NCBI GenBank assembly: GCA_965217895.1
Contig: CBDCJV010000002.1
Location: forward strand, 2,688,001 to 2,752,000
DNA from: Waterburya sp.
GTDB taxonomy: Bacteria; Cyanobacteriota; Cyanobacteriia; Cyanobacteriales; Xenococcaceae
Reading direction: 5' to 3'
Length of the DNA stretch: 64,000 nt
The translations under genes were made by a program, and so were the position numbers. How positions within the stretch are numbered: position 1 is the stretch's first letter; each line of letters opens with the position of its first letter. The notes beneath the pieces were generated by a model. The model was not told where the DNA came from and did no database searches. It saw only the letters and a list, made by a program, of their open reading frames with translations. Of this stretch, positions 1 to 11,830 are shown in pieces.

Positions 1-1
1 C

Positions 2-127
2 TGCCTAATAGCTTCTATGATTGGTTTATTTATCGATACATTTATTCTTCATCAACTAGAAGGATCGCAATTTGAGCAACTGCTACAAACTCATAATTCT
101 TTGATTGCTTTAGCTGAGCTTAAATAA
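2..127 (+). CDS. C-terminal end of an unidentified CDS running in from the left edge
   Basis: Open frame CLIASMIGLFIDTFILHQLEGSQFEQLLQTHNSLIALAELK* ending at TAA 125-127; no recognisable motif. Confidence 0.4.
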   Translation, partial: CLIASMIGLFIDTFILHQLEGSQFEQLLQTHNSLIALAELK

Positions 128-210
128 GCTGATACTCTAAATTCCTCAACACCTGCTTTCAAATTGTTCATCAAATTATCCAAAACAATTAGGACTCGCT
201 ACTATCGATT

Positions 211-386
211 ACTCTGGATTTTCCAAGCGATAGCCGAAGCCTGTGTAGACCTGGATGTTCAGTTAATTGTTGCTTTAGGCGGTGGAACTAGTCCAGAATC
301 TCTGCCAGAATTACCTGGAGTTGATGAAGCAAGGAGGAGGAGTAAGTAAAGCTGCCGATATTATCGAACGGGTAGTTGCTTGTTGA
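211..386 (+). pseudogene. Remnant of an MGT/UDP-glycosyltransferase (GT1 family)
   Basis: LWIFQAIAEACVDLDVQLIVALGGGTSPESLPELPG is followed, after a frameshift, by GGVSKAADIIERVVAC*. These resemble the middle and extreme C-terminal segments of cyanobacterial MGT enzymes, with the sugar-nucleotide box between them deleted. Confidence 0.65.
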
Positions 387-443
387 AAAATAGAGCAAGC
401 AAATCTTAGCAATAAATTGCCATTTAGCTGAGGAGTCGGTCAT

Positions 444-1520
444 TTAATGTAGAACCAAATCATTCATTTCCGTTTCATCATCCAAATTTGTAGCTCTATT
501 AGTTGTATGGCTAGAAGCTACAGCCTCCCATGTCCAGCCGTCATTTTTAATTAAAGCTAAAAGTAACTTCCGTCGGTGATTAATATGGCTGGTAGCTTCA
601 ATAAAAGTGCGATCGCTTATTGTAGGAATGCCATGAACTCGAAGTAATTCTAGAGGAGTTAAAGCAGGTTCTTGGTCACTAGGTTCAAGATATGCCGACT
701 TTAAGGTTTTAAGAAAAGCTGCACTAGCGCGACGAGCAGGTTTCAAGGCTGCGGGGTCGGGTTTACAATTGGCTGGTAGGGCATATTGCAAGAGGGTCAT
801 CGCCTCATCAAAAGCTGTAATGCTCAAGGGAAGACAGCGCGATCGCTCGCTGGTGTGGAAATAATACAAAATTGGGTAGGTTAGATGTTTTTCCCCTACA
901 TCGGTAATCATGGACGTAAGAGAAATTAAATGTTGATCTAAGTTTCCAAAATCACTACCATTCCAGGCTCTAGTAAGTATTTCATCTGCCGTACCTCCTA
1001 AAGTAGAAATGTAGACTGCTAAAGTTCTTTGCTCAGTCAAAGCCGAAACCACAGGAAAGAAATAGGCGATCGCCAAGGTTACTAAGAAAAATCCGTTAGC
1101 TGCTGCTAAGCCTGTAAAAAGATGCCAGATTAAACCCCCAGCTAGGTAATCACCTCGACCCAAAGTAGTAATGGTATAGATCGTAAAATAAATTCTACCC
1201 CAAGTACTTGCTGGATCTTTATTTGAGGAATTGAGTACAGCATTGTCAAAAGAACAAAAAATTAGCGACCAAGATATCCAGGTCAAGAAGAACCAGGAAA
1301 CAGCCATACCAACAATGATCAGTAGTCCAACCCCTGCTAGTAACTTGTGATTTTGTTTAGCTTTGTGCAGCCTGATTGCCCAATGCCATACCCAAGAAGA
1401 GAAACGATTAGTCAAAAAACCACCACCCTTTAAAGTAAGGGTGGTTAATAATACATCTGAGGATGTAATTGCTAATAAAGCAAAACCCAAAATTAACAGC
1501 AAAACCGACATGATGTTCAA
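444..1520 (-). CDS. Potassium channel family (Ion_trans_2-like) membrane protein
   Basis: Several TM helices; pore-helix/filter-like YFTIYTITTLGRGDY; C-terminal HLTYPILYYFH typical of this family. Confidence 0.8.
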   Translation of the reverse strand: MNIMSVLLLILGFALLAITSSDVLLTTLTLKGGGFLTNRFSSWVWHWAIRLHKAKQNHKLLAGVGLLIIVGMAVSWFFLTWISWSLIFCSFDNAVLNSSNKDPASTWGRIYFTIYTITTLGRGDYLAGGLIWHLFTGLAAANGFFLVTLAIAYFFPVVSALTEQRTLAVYISTLGGTADEILTRAWNGSDFGNLDQHLISLTSMITDVGEKHLTYPILYYFHTSERSRCLPLSITAFDEAMTLLQYALPANCKPDPAALKPARRASAAFLKTLKSAYLEPSDQEPALTPLELLRVHGIPTISDRTFIEATSHINHRRKLLLALIKNDGWTWEAVASSHTTNRATNLDDETEMNDLVLH

Positions 1521-1600
1521 ACGATAAGGAATAAATTATGAGGTCGAAGGAAAGAAGAAAGAAAACACCTCATTCTTTGTCCCTCATCCTTCATCCTTTT

Positions 1601-3082
1601 TTACACTGTTGCTGGTTTTGGTTCTGGTTTTGGTGGTTCAGAGTTTGCCATTTCCTCTTGAACCTTGTCCGCTAGTACGGGATAAACGTTGCGGAATAGC
1701 TGCATCTGATCTCTAATGACCTCTTGGCTACATTTGCCTAAACTGCCAGCGATATTATGATACAGACGCTTTTTCTCATCATCGTTGAGCATATCATAAT
1801 ACATCCGCGCCTGATCGTAATGATCTTCTTCGTCTAACTCGATTCGCGCTGCCATACCAGAGACGTGATAAGCTGGGTCTTCTGCACGCTTGTCTGGTTG
1901 AGGATAACCTTCGTGGGAAGGATTGTAGTTAATCCGCGAACCATTATTATCGTCATGTCGCATTAAACCATCGCGATAGGGGGTATTAGCTTTAGTTGCA
2001 TGGGGTTTGTTAACAGGGAGACTGTCATAGTTTACGCTCAAGCGATGACGGTGAGCATCAGCATAGGACATAATTCTCGCCTGTAGCATTCTATCTGGCG
2101 ACCAAGATATTCCTGGAACGACATTACCAGGTGAAAACGCAGCCTGTTCTACTTCGGCGAAATAGTTTTCTGGATTGCGATTTAACTCAAATGTACCAAC
2201 ATCAATTAGAGGAAAATCACCATGAGGCCATATTTTAGTTAGGTCAAAAGGATTCCACTGGAAGTTTTGCGCTTGTTTGTCGGTCATTAATTGAATTTTC
2301 ATTTTCCAAGAAGGATACTTCCCTTCTTCAATGGCATTATATAAGTCCTTAGTTGCCCAACGAGGTTCTACACCCTGCATATTGCGCCACTGTTCGTCAG
2401 TAAAGAACTTATTGCCTTGGTCGGTAATAAAGTGGAATTTAACCCAGATGCGCTCGTTTTCTTCGTTGATAAAGCTGAAAGTATGGCTACCATAACCGTT
2501 CATGTGTCGCCAGCCTATGGGCGCACCGCGATCGCCCATTAGCCAAAGAACCTGATGTATACTTTCAGGAGTTAGTGACCAAAAATCCCACCACATCTGA
2601 TCGTGTCGCCAATGTTCTTGGGGATGTTCTTTTTGCGAACGGATAAAGTCCATAAATTTCATGGGGTCACGCACAAAGAAAATGGGTGTGTTGTTACCTA
2701 CCATGTCCCAGTTGCCATCTTCAGTGTAGAACTTAAGGGCAAAACCTCTCAAGTCACGATAAATATCCGAACCGCCTTTCGATTTGGCTACGGTAGAAAA
2801 ACGAGCAAATAGCTCGGTTTGCTTACCAACTTCGGAAAACATTTTGGCTTTGGTATATTTGGTAATATCTTCGGTGACGGTAAAAGTACCATAAGCACCA
2901 GCACCAAGAGCATGAACTACTCGCTCAGGAATACGCTCACGGTTAAAGTGCGCCATTTTCTCTAGAAGGGTATAGTCTTCTAGTAGTAAAGGTCCTTGTT
3001 TACCCACAGACTTCGATACTGTGTTGCTGGCTACGGGAATACCCGCAGCGTTGGTCAATGTTTCTTGATTGTTATCTACCAC
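1601..3082 (-). CDS. katE: Monofunctional small-subunit heme catalase
   Basis: FNRERIPERVVHALG (distal His), RFSTV, RGFALKFYT, VGNNTPIFF, QARIMSYADAHRHRL (proximal Tyr); 493 aa. Confidence 0.95.
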   Translation of the reverse strand: MVDNNQETLTNAAGIPVASNTVSKSVGKQGPLLLEDYTLLEKMAHFNRERIPERVVHALGAGAYGTFTVTEDITKYTKAKMFSEVGKQTELFARFSTVAKSKGGSDIYRDLRGFALKFYTEDGNWDMVGNNTPIFFVRDPMKFMDFIRSQKEHPQEHWRHDQMWWDFWSLTPESIHQVLWLMGDRGAPIGWRHMNGYGSHTFSFINEENERIWVKFHFITDQGNKFFTDEQWRNMQGVEPRWATKDLYNAIEEGKYPSWKMKIQLMTDKQAQNFQWNPFDLTKIWPHGDFPLIDVGTFELNRNPENYFAEVEQAAFSPGNVVPGISWSPDRMLQARIMSYADAHRHRLSVNYDSLPVNKPHATKANTPYRDGLMRHDDNNGSRINYNPSHEGYPQPDKRAEDPAYHVSGMAARIELDEEDHYDQARMYYDMLNDDEKKRLYHNIAGSLGKCSQEVIRDQMQLFRNVYPVLADKVQEEMANSEPPKPEPKPATV

Positions 3083-3424
3083 AATAAATTTTTATCTCCT
3101 TTAAATACTTAACTTAAGGCGATCGCTTTGCTTACTGTTCTATCTAGATGCTAATTGAGTAACTGAAGTGAAAGCGTCTAACTCTAGACAGATAAAGACT
3201 TTTGATTCGACCTCGGATTTTTGTCTAAGTATATTCTCAACATTAATAATGTAAATTAAAGGAGTTTTTGACAGAGATTAAACCTTTCGTTTTCTAATTT
3301 CTCTGACTTTTTGGCGATCGCAATTTAATCTAAGAATATTAGGGAAAATACTAAGTACGAAATCACAGTCATTGAAAGATGTATTTACTATGCTTTGATT
3401 AATCGACAATAGTTAGCATAGGAT

Positions 3425-4873
3425 ATGAATAACATTGCTCAATATTATGCGGTTCTAAGTATAGATTCTGCTGCATCTCCAGAAACAGTCAAAAAAGCTT
3501 ATCGTAACTTAGCAAAAGTTTGGCATCCAGATCGATATATTCACGATCCTAGACTAAAAGCTCAGGCTGAAATAGAAATCAAAAAAATCAATCAAGCTTA
3601 TACGGCAATTAAATCTTATTGGGAACTTAAGCATAATACTTTAGGGCAAATCGATGGTGATGCCCAGTCACAACTATCCATCAAGAAAAATACACCTGAT
3701 TTTTATTATTGTCAGGGAGTCGATTATGCTGCACAACAAAATTATAACGATGCTCTAATTAGCTTTGCTCAGGCGATTAAATTAGATACAAATCATATAG
3801 AAGCCTATCAGTATCGTGGCTTTATTCTATCTAAACTAGGTTATGAATATCGAGCAGCAACAGAATTTGAGAAAGCTAATCAGATTAAGGCAAATAATAA
3901 AACTAGACCATCTTCGTCTACTACTTCTAAACCTCAAACAAATGCTTCTCACCAAAAGAGCGTTGAAACTCAAGTTATGAAATGCCATAAGTCGATTTTA
4001 GCAGCGAATCGACCTATTACATCTGTAGTTATTAGTTCAGATAATCAGGTTTTTGCCAGTGTCAATGACGATCAAGAAATTAAACTCTGGGAAATAAATA
4101 CAGGTCAGAGAATTGCTACTTTTCGGGGTCATACTGATATTGTAAAGTCATTAGTTGTCGATAGCAGAGGTACAACTTTAATTAGCGGCAGTAAAGATAC
4201 AACAATTAGATTTTGGGATTTGAAGACGAAAAAAATAATTAAAACTTTTGATGGATATTTTAACGGTCATTCCGAGGCTGTACTAGCTTTAGCTTTGAGT
4301 CCAGATAATAAAAGTTTATTAAGCTATAGCGCCGATAATACCATTAAAACTTGGGATATAAGCCGCGCCAAGGTAAACCAAAGCATTTCCTTTTCTGCTG
4401 ATTTAACCTGTTTAGAGATTAGTCCAAACTGTCAATTATTTTGCACTGGTAGTTTAGAACCACAGTTAAGAATTAGACAGATTAAAAATGGGCAGGTAAT
4501 TCGTTCGATCAACAACAATTCTGGTGTTCTTTGTATGGCTTTTAGTCCTGATAGTAATGTTTTGGCTACAGGAGAAATTGATCGACTGATTAGGCTCTGG
4601 GACATTAATACAGGCAAAATAATTCATACTCTTGCTGGACATTCAGACCGATTATCCAGCCTAGCTTTTAGTCATAACGGGAAAACTTTAGTGAGTGGTG
4701 GATGGGATCGAACAATCAAAGTTTGGCAGCTAAAAACAGGCGAAGAAATTGGTAGTACTAAAGCTAACTCTAGCAAAATCCAGACTATGGCGATCGCATC
4801 TAATCATCAAACTTTAGTAAGTGGTGGAGATGATGGCAAAATTGAGATTTGGCGATGTTTTTTTAACAGTTAA
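3425..4873 (+). CDS. DnaJ-domain / TPR / WD40-repeat protein
   Basis: N-terminal J domain with WHPD, TPR segment (YYCQGVDY...AYQYRG), about 7 GH...WD repeats. Confidence 0.9.
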   Translation: MNNIAQYYAVLSIDSAASPETVKKAYRNLAKVWHPDRYIHDPRLKAQAEIEIKKINQAYTAIKSYWELKHNTLGQIDGDAQSQLSIKKNTPDFYYCQGVDYAAQQNYNDALISFAQAIKLDTNHIEAYQYRGFILSKLGYEYRAATEFEKANQIKANNKTRPSSSTTSKPQTNASHQKSVETQVMKCHKSILAANRPITSVVISSDNQVFASVNDDQEIKLWEINTGQRIATFRGHTDIVKSLVVDSRGTTLISGSKDTTIRFWDLKTKKIIKTFDGYFNGHSEAVLALALSPDNKSLLSYSADNTIKTWDISRAKVNQSISFSADLTCLEISPNCQLFCTGSLEPQLRIRQIKNGQVIRSINNNSGVLCMAFSPDSNVLATGEIDRLIRLWDINTGKIIHTLAGHSDRLSSLAFSHNGKTLVSGGWDRTIKVWQLKTGEEIGSTKANSSKIQTMAIASNHQTLVSGGDDGKIEIWRCFFNS

Positions 4874-4897
4874 ATTAATAACTGTTCACTAATTTAA

Positions 4898-5285
4898 TGG
4901 AGCCGAGCAGAGTCGAACTGCTGTCCAGACCAACTATTCACTTGCTCATTCATTCACAGGTTTAGCTCCTCTAACCCTTAGAGCGGGGATCATCAATTGT
5001 CCCTGATGGCAGGATTCTTTGATAAAGTCTTTTCCTATGGGTCTACCAAAGAAAACCGATAGGAGCATCCGTTGGGGTTTTGTCTCTAATCCTTAACGGA
5101 GTCAAACTAGAGACGAGCAAATCTAAAAGAGATTTTTAGATTTAGGCAGCTACTGCCTGACGCTCAAATTTTACGATGTTGTTTGCATCTATATTTATTT
5201 TGAGTCTGTATTTACGAGAGGATACTCACTCTCGACCTGAATCACGAGTCAGCTTTTGCTAACCTGTCGAAACCTTTACGGCCCC
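4898..5285 (-). ncRNA. ssrA: tmRNA
   Basis: 5' GGGGCCGTAAAGGTTTCGAC, 3' GTTCGACTCTGCTCGGCTCCA; tag frame 5186..5142 encodes ANNIVKFERQAVAA*. Confidence 0.97.
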
Positions 5286-5525
5286 GTGTATGAATACCAA
5301 CTGATAATAATCTAGTTAGCTTCTTTTAGTATTGTAGCTAACTTTCTGTTATTTGGGCTACAAAAAGCTAGGCTCAAACGTTACAAAACATTGATTAGTG
5401 CCATTACCAATATTATTAAGATCGAGATTCGTTTTACACTAGTTAAAGTACTGACTGACATAATAAAAAGTATGAGTTAGTAAAGTTTTGCTGTTTTAGA
5501 TTGCCAACTTAGTATAAAAACTCTT

Positions 5526-6509
5526 ATGTTTCCCATCAATCGCCCTCGCCGTTTACGATCGTCAACTCAACTGCGTCGTATGGTGCAAGAAACCCTAGTG
5601 ACTGCCAATGATTTAATTTATCCTTTATTTGCTGTACCTGGAACTTCTGTAGCAAATGAGGTTGTTTCTATGCCTGGAGTGTATCAGCTTTCGGTTGATA
5701 AAATTGTTGAAGAGGCAAAAGAAGTTTACGATTTAGGCATACCTGCGGTTATTTTGTTTGGTATCCCCGAAGATAAAGATATCGAGGCAACTGGAGCATG
5801 GCACGACTGCGGTATTGTCCAAAAGGCTGCTACTGCAATCAAAGAGGCTGTTCCCAATCTTTTAGTTATTGCTGATACTTGTCTTTGTGAATATACGTCC
5901 CACGGACACTGCGGATATTTAGAAACGGGAGATTTGACAGGCAGAGTACTCAACGATCCGACTCTAGAATTACTGAAGAAAACAGCAGTTTCTCAGGCAA
6001 ATGCTGGAGCAGATATTATTGCTCCTTCTGGCATGATGGATGGCTTTGTCAAGGCGATTAGAGAAGGTTTGGACGAGGCTGGTTTTCAGGATACGCCGAT
6101 ACTTTCTTATGCAGCTAAATACGCTTCTGCTTATTATGGTCCATTTCGTGATGCTGCTGATTCTGCGCCCAGTTTTGGCGATCGCCGTACTTATCAAATG
6201 GATCCTGCTAACGGTACGGAAGCCCTCAAAGAGATTGAATTAGATATCGCTGAAGGTGCAGATATGCTAATGGTCAAGCCCGCCTTATCATACATGGATA
6301 TTATCTGGCGCGTTAAAGAAGCAACTAACTTACCTGTAGCTGCCTATAATGTTTCTGGGGAATACTCAATGATCAAAGCAGCAGCTTTAAATGGCTGGAT
6401 TGATGAGAAGAAAGTTACCATAGAAACTTTGACTAGCTTCAAACGTGCTGGTGCAGATCTAATTCTGACTTATCACGCCAAGGATGCGGTGCGCTGGTTA
6501 AATGAATAA
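5526..6509 (+). CDS. hemB: Porphobilinogen synthase
   Basis: [20 protein letters not shown] zinc site, [22 protein letters not shown]. Confidence 0.98.
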   Translation: MFPINRPRRLRSSTQLRRMVQETLVTANDLIYPLFAVPGTSVANEVVSMPGVYQLSVDKIVEEAKEVYDLGIPAVILFGIPEDKDIEATGAWHDCGIVQKAATAIKEAVPNLLVIADTCLCEYTSHGHCGYLETGDLTGRVLNDPTLELLKKTAVSQANAGADIIAPSGMMDGFVKAIREGLDEAGFQDTPILSYAAKYASAYYGPFRDAADSAPSFGDRRTYQMDPANGTEALKEIELDIAEGADMLMVKPALSYMDIIWRVKEATNLPVAAYNVSGEYSMIKAAALNGWIDEKKVTIETLTSFKRAGADLILTYHAKDAVRWLNE

Positions 6510-6598
6510 ACTTTCTTTGTGCCTTCATTCTTGAGGGGCGTTTAAAGGGCGAAGACTGATAAAATAAAAAGTCTGCAAGCTTACCGAAGGAAATAACC

Positions 6599-8401
6599 AT
6601 GCGACTAAACGAGATGCTGTTTGTAACACTGCGAGAAACACCAGCAGAGGCAGAAATACCCAGTCATCAATTGTTACTTCGGGCTGGCTATATTCGTCGC
6701 ATCGGTAGCGGTATCTATGCTTATATGCCCTTAATGTGGCGCGTGTTGCAAAAGGTGTCTCAGATTGTGCGAGAAGAAATGGATGCAACGGGGGCGCAAG
6801 AATGTTTATTACCTCAACTGCAGCCATCTCAGCTATGGCAAGAATCAGGACGCTGGGATACCTATACCAAAGCAGAAGGGATTATGTTTTCCCTCACAGA
6901 TCGTAGCGACAGGGAGTTAGGTTTAGGCCCTACTCATGAAGAGGTGATCACAACTATCGCCCGTGAAACTATTCGTTCCTATAAGCAGCTACCTCTGAAT
7001 CTATACCAAATACAAACTAAGTTTCGCGATGAAATTCGTCCTCGTTTTGGCTTGATGCGAGGCAGAGAATTTATTATGAAGGATGCCTATTCTTTCCATG
7101 CTGATGAAGCAAGTTTGAAAAATACTTATCAGGCAATGGATCGGGCATATCGCCAGATTATGACTCGTTGTGGGTTGCAGTTTCGCCCTGTAGAGGCTGA
7201 TTCTGGAGCGATTGGTGGTTCTGGTTCACAGGAATTTATGATTCTAGCAGAGGCGGGAGAAGATGAGATTCTCTACACTGAGGATGGCAAGTATGCAGCC
7301 AACACGGAAAAAGCAGTATCTCTTATTTCAGATGTTGAAACATCACCCTTTAACAGCTACGAAAAGCTAGCCACTCCCGATACAGAAACCATTGCCAAAT
7401 TGGCAGAGACGCTTAAATGCTCGCCTACAGTAATCGTTAAAAATGTTTTATACGAAGTTATTTATGATAACGGCATGACTGTATTGGTCTTAATTAATAT
7501 CCGTGGCGATCGCGATGTTAATCAAGTCAAACTAACTAATGAGTTAACCAAACTCGCGCCACAGTATAAAGCCAAAACAATTATTTCTCTTGCCGTACCC
7601 AATGCCACCGCCCAGAAGAAATGGGCAGCCAAACCTTTACCTTTAGGCTATATTGCACCCGATCTTGATGACGACTATATAAGCACCTCAAAAAACGTAG
7701 CCAAAAAGTTTTTACGTCTGGCAGATCGAACCGTTATCAATGCTAAAAACTTTGTCACAGGAGCAAATGAAGTGGGCTATCACGTTGTAGGGGCAAACTG
7801 GGGCGATAATTTTAGCTTACCCGAACTTCAGGTAGATATTCAAGAGGCAAAGGCAGGCGATCGCGCTGTTCACGATCAAAGTCAAACTTTAATGAGTGCG
7901 CGGGGTATTGAAGCAGGGCATATTTTCCAGTTAGGCACAAAATACTCCGAGGCAATGGGGGCAAACTTTACTAATGAACAGGGTAAAACAGAACCTTTAT
8001 GGATGGGTTGCTATGGTATTGGTGTCTCGCGGTTAGCTCAAGCAGCAGTAGAACAATCCCATGATAAAGATGGTATTATTTGGCCTGTGGCGATCGCACC
8101 CTATCATGTAGTAGTTATTGTGCCTAATATCTCCGATCAAGAAAAAATGGCAGCCGGAGAAAAGCTATATGCAGAGTTTAAGCAGGCTGGGGTAGAAGTT
8201 TTGCTCGACGATCGCCAAGAACGGGCAGGAGTTAAATTTAAAGATAGTGAATTAATTGGTATTCCCTATCGCGTGGTTACAGGGCGATCGCTTTGTGAAG
8301 GTAAAGTTGAGGTAGTTAAACGTGCTAATAAAGAGTCTCAGGATATACCGATACAAGAAGTGGTGACAACGGTTAAACAATGGATTAGGCAAGATGTTTA
8401 A
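6599..8401 (+). CDS. proS: Proline--tRNA ligase
   Basis: [32 protein letters not shown], editing insertion, [10 protein letters not shown]. Confidence 0.98.
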   Translation: MRLNEMLFVTLRETPAEAEIPSHQLLLRAGYIRRIGSGIYAYMPLMWRVLQKVSQIVREEMDATGAQECLLPQLQPSQLWQESGRWDTYTKAEGIMFSLTDRSDRELGLGPTHEEVITTIARETIRSYKQLPLNLYQIQTKFRDEIRPRFGLMRGREFIMKDAYSFHADEASLKNTYQAMDRAYRQIMTRCGLQFRPVEADSGAIGGSGSQEFMILAEAGEDEILYTEDGKYAANTEKAVSLISDVETSPFNSYEKLATPDTETIAKLAETLKCSPTVIVKNVLYEVIYDNGMTVLVLINIRGDRDVNQVKLTNELTKLAPQYKAKTIISLAVPNATAQKKWAAKPLPLGYIAPDLDDDYISTSKNVAKKFLRLADRTVINAKNFVTGANEVGYHVVGANWGDNFSLPELQVDIQEAKAGDRAVHDQSQTLMSARGIEAGHIFQLGTKYSEAMGANFTNEQGKTEPLWMGCYGIGVSRLAQAAVEQSHDKDGIIWPVAIAPYHVVVIVPNISDQEKMAAGEKLYAEFKQAGVEVLLDDRQERAGVKFKDSELIGIPYRVVTGRSLCEGKVEVVKRANKESQDIPIQEVVTTVKQWIRQDV

Positions 8402-8516
8402 TCATTTTAAGAAATATAAAAACATACGAAAAAATGCTTAAGAATAATAACTTTATCTTTTCTGGGGATTGACGTTAAACTTGATTCTTAGAGAAGAATT
8501 TAGATACTTTTGGACT

Positions 8517-8954
8517 ATGCCAAAAGCTTATATGAACCACAGCATATTCAGTAATGGATATTTACCAACAATATTAATCGCTAGAGATTATCCCGCCGAA
8601 CTTGTATTTGATTCGCCGATCTTAGCGTCATTTAATCAGGTTTATGCGCCGATAATAGAAGCCATGGCAATTTTAGCTTGGGTACAACAGCATCAGCCCG
8701 ATCTAATTATTTTGGATATTCAATGGTCAAAAATAGTGGAATTAGGGCTAATTACGACTTTAAGATTAGATTGGTTGACTCGCAATATTCCGATAGTTAT
8801 TATTGGCAGCCTATCCGAGCAAAAAATTCAGCCCAAGACGAATTTAGATGGTAATGCTTATTTGACTAAGCCCTATTCAACACAAGAATTAGAAAAGGTT
8901 GTTTGTTCTTTAGTACCTTGTCCAGCTTGTAAAGCTCTAAACACAGCATCTTGA
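8517..8954 (+). CDS. Single-domain response regulator receiver protein
   Basis: PDLIILDIQ, TRNIPIVII, AYLTKPYS; start uncertain (8469/8517/8532). Confidence 0.75.
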   Translation: MPKAYMNHSIFSNGYLPTILIARDYPAELVFDSPILASFNQVYAPIIEAMAILAWVQQHQPDLIILDIQWSKIVELGLITTLRLDWLTRNIPIVIIGSLSEQKIQPKTNLDGNAYLTKPYSTQELEKVVCSLVPCPACKALNTAS

Positions 8955-8968
8955 GCAGTCTAAGTAGG

Positions 8969-9083
8969 TGGGTGGAATTAAATGTAAAACAAGCGTAAGC
9001 AAGATATTACGATCTATTTTTTTTACTCGTTACTCGTTACTCGTTACTCATTGCTAAGACTATCTTCTAATTAATTTCACCCA
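8969..9083. mobile_element. MITE-like element with internal heptamer repeat
   Basis: Inverted ends TGGGTGGAATTAA (8969-8981) / TTAATTTCACCCA (9071-9083), 1 mismatch; (TTACTCG)3TTACTCA at 9023-9050. Confidence 0.6.
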
Positions 9084-9184
9084 GTTTTCTGTTCTCGCTT
9101 TATAGCTAGTCTAAACTACAGTTAATTAGTTTTTAGTTAAACTTGATAAATAAGAAGCTATTAGCTCTAAAAAAAGGTATTGCA

Positions 9185-10060
9185 ATGTATTTAGTCACAG
9201 GCGCAACAGGATCTTTGGGACGTAGAATTGTCAGACAATTGAGAGAAAATAACGAGCTTGTAAGAGCTTTTGTTCGTCTTGCTTCCCATTATGGTGAATT
9301 GGAAGATCGAGGAGCAGAAATTTTTATTGGCGACTTAAAACAAGAGAGAGATATCGTCAAAGCTTGTCGGGATATTAAATACATTATTAGTAGTCATGGC
9401 TCTGGTAGTGATGCTCAAGCTCTAGATTACCGAGCTAATATTGATTTAATCGATCAGGCTGTGGCTAATGAGGTAGAACATTTTGTCTTTATTTCTGTTT
9501 TAGGAGTAGACCGAGGTTACCAAGATTCGGCTACCTTTAAAGCTAAACGAGAAGTAGAAAAATATCTGGCTGCTAGTGGCTTAAACTATACAATTCTCCG
9601 CCCTTCAGGTTTTGCTAATAATTTAATTACCTTGGCAGAGAGATTTCGAGATACGGGGATTTATTTCTCAATTGGCGACCAGCAAAATCGCTCCTCTATA
9701 GTTAGTACCGATGATCTAGCTAAAATTGCGATCGCTTCAACTCAGATTGAAGCAGCAAAGAATCAAATTTTTGCGGTAGGAGGCCCCGATATTCTCAAAA
9801 GAGAAGATATTCCGCGAATTTTTGCTCGTTTATTTAATCGTGAACCAATTGTCATTAATCCGCCTCTACAGCTATTTGATGGTCTGCGTGCAGGAGTAGG
9901 TTTAATTAATCCGCAGTTAAATAAATCATTAGGTACATTACGGACTCTTTTGGCACATGAATTTTTCTGTACTAATGATGAGATTACGCGCCTAGAATCT
10001 GTTTTTGCTGTAAAAATGGAATCATTAGAAAGTTTTATGAATCGCTATGTCGGGCAATAA
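9185..10060 (+). CDS. NmrA/atypical SDR NAD(P)-binding oxidoreductase
   Basis: MYLVTGATGSLGRRIV Rossmann motif; YTILRPSGF; ATG 9185 preferred over TTG 9143. Confidence 0.9.
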   Translation: MYLVTGATGSLGRRIVRQLRENNELVRAFVRLASHYGELEDRGAEIFIGDLKQERDIVKACRDIKYIISSHGSGSDAQALDYRANIDLIDQAVANEVEHFVFISVLGVDRGYQDSATFKAKREVEKYLAASGLNYTILRPSGFANNLITLAERFRDTGIYFSIGDQQNRSSIVSTDDLAKIAIASTQIEAAKNQIFAVGGPDILKREDIPRIFARLFNREPIVINPPLQLFDGLRAGVGLINPQLNKSLGTLRTLLAHEFFCTNDEITRLESVFAVKMESLESFMNRYVGQ

Positions 10061-10135
10061 TAAAACCTGAAACCAACAATTATTTGATGTTTGATGTTAA
10101 ATATTTAATGTTCAATGCTCAATATTTAATGTCAA

Positions 10136-11209
10136 ATGTCTCAGCCAGCTATTTATCTTGCAGTAACCAGCCACGGTTTTGGTCATGCTGTGCGGACAGC
10201 AACAGTAGCCGAGAAATTACAGCAGTTACGTCCTGACATTCCTATCATATTTGTCACGGTTGCTCCTGAATGGTTACTTAAATCCTATGTGCCAGGGGAA
10301 TTCGTTTACCGCCAGCGCGTTTTTGATGTAGGGGTAATTCAAAGTGATAGTCTGACCATGAATAAGCAAGCAACCTTGAGTAATATGCAAGGAATTATTG
10401 CTCGGCAGGATAACATTATTGCCGAAGAAACAGACTTTATTCGTAATAATAATGTGGGGCTAATACTTGCTGACATACCTGCCTTGGCTGTTCCTATAGC
10501 TCATGCTGCGGGTATTCCCTGCTGGATGATGAGCAACTTTGGCTGGGACTTTATCTATCGTGACTGGGGAGAAGATTTTGAGGAAGTAGTGCAGTGGATA
10601 GCCAAGTATTATAGTCAAAGCGATCGCCTTTTCCGTCTACCTTTAGCTGAACCCATGAGTGCTTTTCCTCAAATTACCGATGTCGGATTGACAGGCAGTA
10701 CACCTCGCTACGGTAAAGAAATAAAACAAAAATTTCAGCTAACAGCACCTGCTGAGAAAACTATTTTACTGACTTTTGGCGGTTTAGGATTACAGTCAAT
10801 TCCCTACCATAATCTAAAACATTTCCCTGACTGGCAGTTTATTACCTTTGATCGTGCTGCACCAGATTTAGCAAATTTACTCAAGATTGCAGATAATACC
10901 CTGCGTCCTTTAGACTTCATGCCTATTTGTGGACGAATAGTTTCTAAACCAGGCTATAGTACATTTTCTGAGGCACTGTGTTTGGACTTACCTATCGTCT
11001 CTCTAACCCGTCAAGACTTTGCTGAAGCGTCAGTGTTGCTCAAAGCCATACAAGACTATTCTCAACATCAAATTATTTCTACGAATGAATTTTTCAAAGG
11101 AGACTGGAGCTTTTTAAATCAGGATATGCTGCCTCCTCGGAAGACCGAGCGTTTATCCAAAGATGGCGCAACTCAAATTGCCCAGGAAATCTCCAACTAT
11201 TTTTCTTAA
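10136..11209 (+). CDS. GT-B glycosyltransferase-like protein (L-arabinokinase N-terminal-like)
   Basis: SHGFGHAVR, DVGVIQSDSL, SNFGWDFIY, SKPGYSTFSEA. Confidence 0.8.
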   Translation: MSQPAIYLAVTSHGFGHAVRTATVAEKLQQLRPDIPIIFVTVAPEWLLKSYVPGEFVYRQRVFDVGVIQSDSLTMNKQATLSNMQGIIARQDNIIAEETDFIRNNNVGLILADIPALAVPIAHAAGIPCWMMSNFGWDFIYRDWGEDFEEVVQWIAKYYSQSDRLFRLPLAEPMSAFPQITDVGLTGSTPRYGKEIKQKFQLTAPAEKTILLTFGGLGLQSIPYHNLKHFPDWQFITFDRAAPDLANLLKIADNTLRPLDFMPICGRIVSKPGYSTFSEALCLDLPIVSLTRQDFAEASVLLKAIQDYSQHQIISTNEFFKGDWSFLNQDMLPPRKTERLSKDGATQIAQEISNYFS

Positions 11210-11830
11210 TTTTGACTCTGAAGACTGCATTATGACCCGCCAAAATACAGAACTAAATACTGTCGAATTAGTGGCAAAAGACTTTGGACTTGCAGCTAAT
11301 TTGTTAGCAGATGCTTTTTTCGATAATCCTGCTCACGTATATATTTTTGCCGATCAATCCTCCAGACTAAAAGCATTGCAATGGGAATTAAAAGCTAATC
11401 TTAAGCTTAATTTGAGCCAACCAACACCTATTGGTAAGAGTTTTGCTTTAGTTGAAGCCAATAAACCGCCAGGAAATAGACAAATCAAAGCTATGGCTTT
11501 TTGGAATACTTCCAACTCAAGGTCTATTAGTTTTGTCAGCAAAATCAAGACAGGGCTGCTAACATTTCCGTTTCGCTATGGTTGGCAAACTTGGCAACAT
11601 TTGTCAGAAATAATGTCAGCGATAGAAGAAATTAAAGAGAAAACTATAGGACAAAGCCCAGCATGGTATCTAAATAATATGGTGGTAGCCAAACAAATAA
11701 GAGGGATAGGAATTGGTACAAAACTGCTTAACCATCAACTTCAATCTGTAGTTGTCCCTTCTAATTTTCCTGTCGTTTTGATGGCGAGGGGTGCTACGTG
11801 CGGACAAGTCCTTCGTGTTTAGGAAGCATG

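Noticed and set aside
1..4897. Genomic island integrated at the tmRNA 3' end
   Set aside because: No integrase and no duplicated ssrA 3' end in the window; the adjacent gene is a typical cyanobacterial J-domain/WD40 protein.
9023..9050. CRISPR array from short tandem repeats (also 10083-10135, 17838-17885, 37325-37350, 48170-48210, 59061-59081)
   Set aside because: These are short (7-9 nt) tandem units without spacers, typical of cyanobacterial STRR-type repeats; no cas genes are present.
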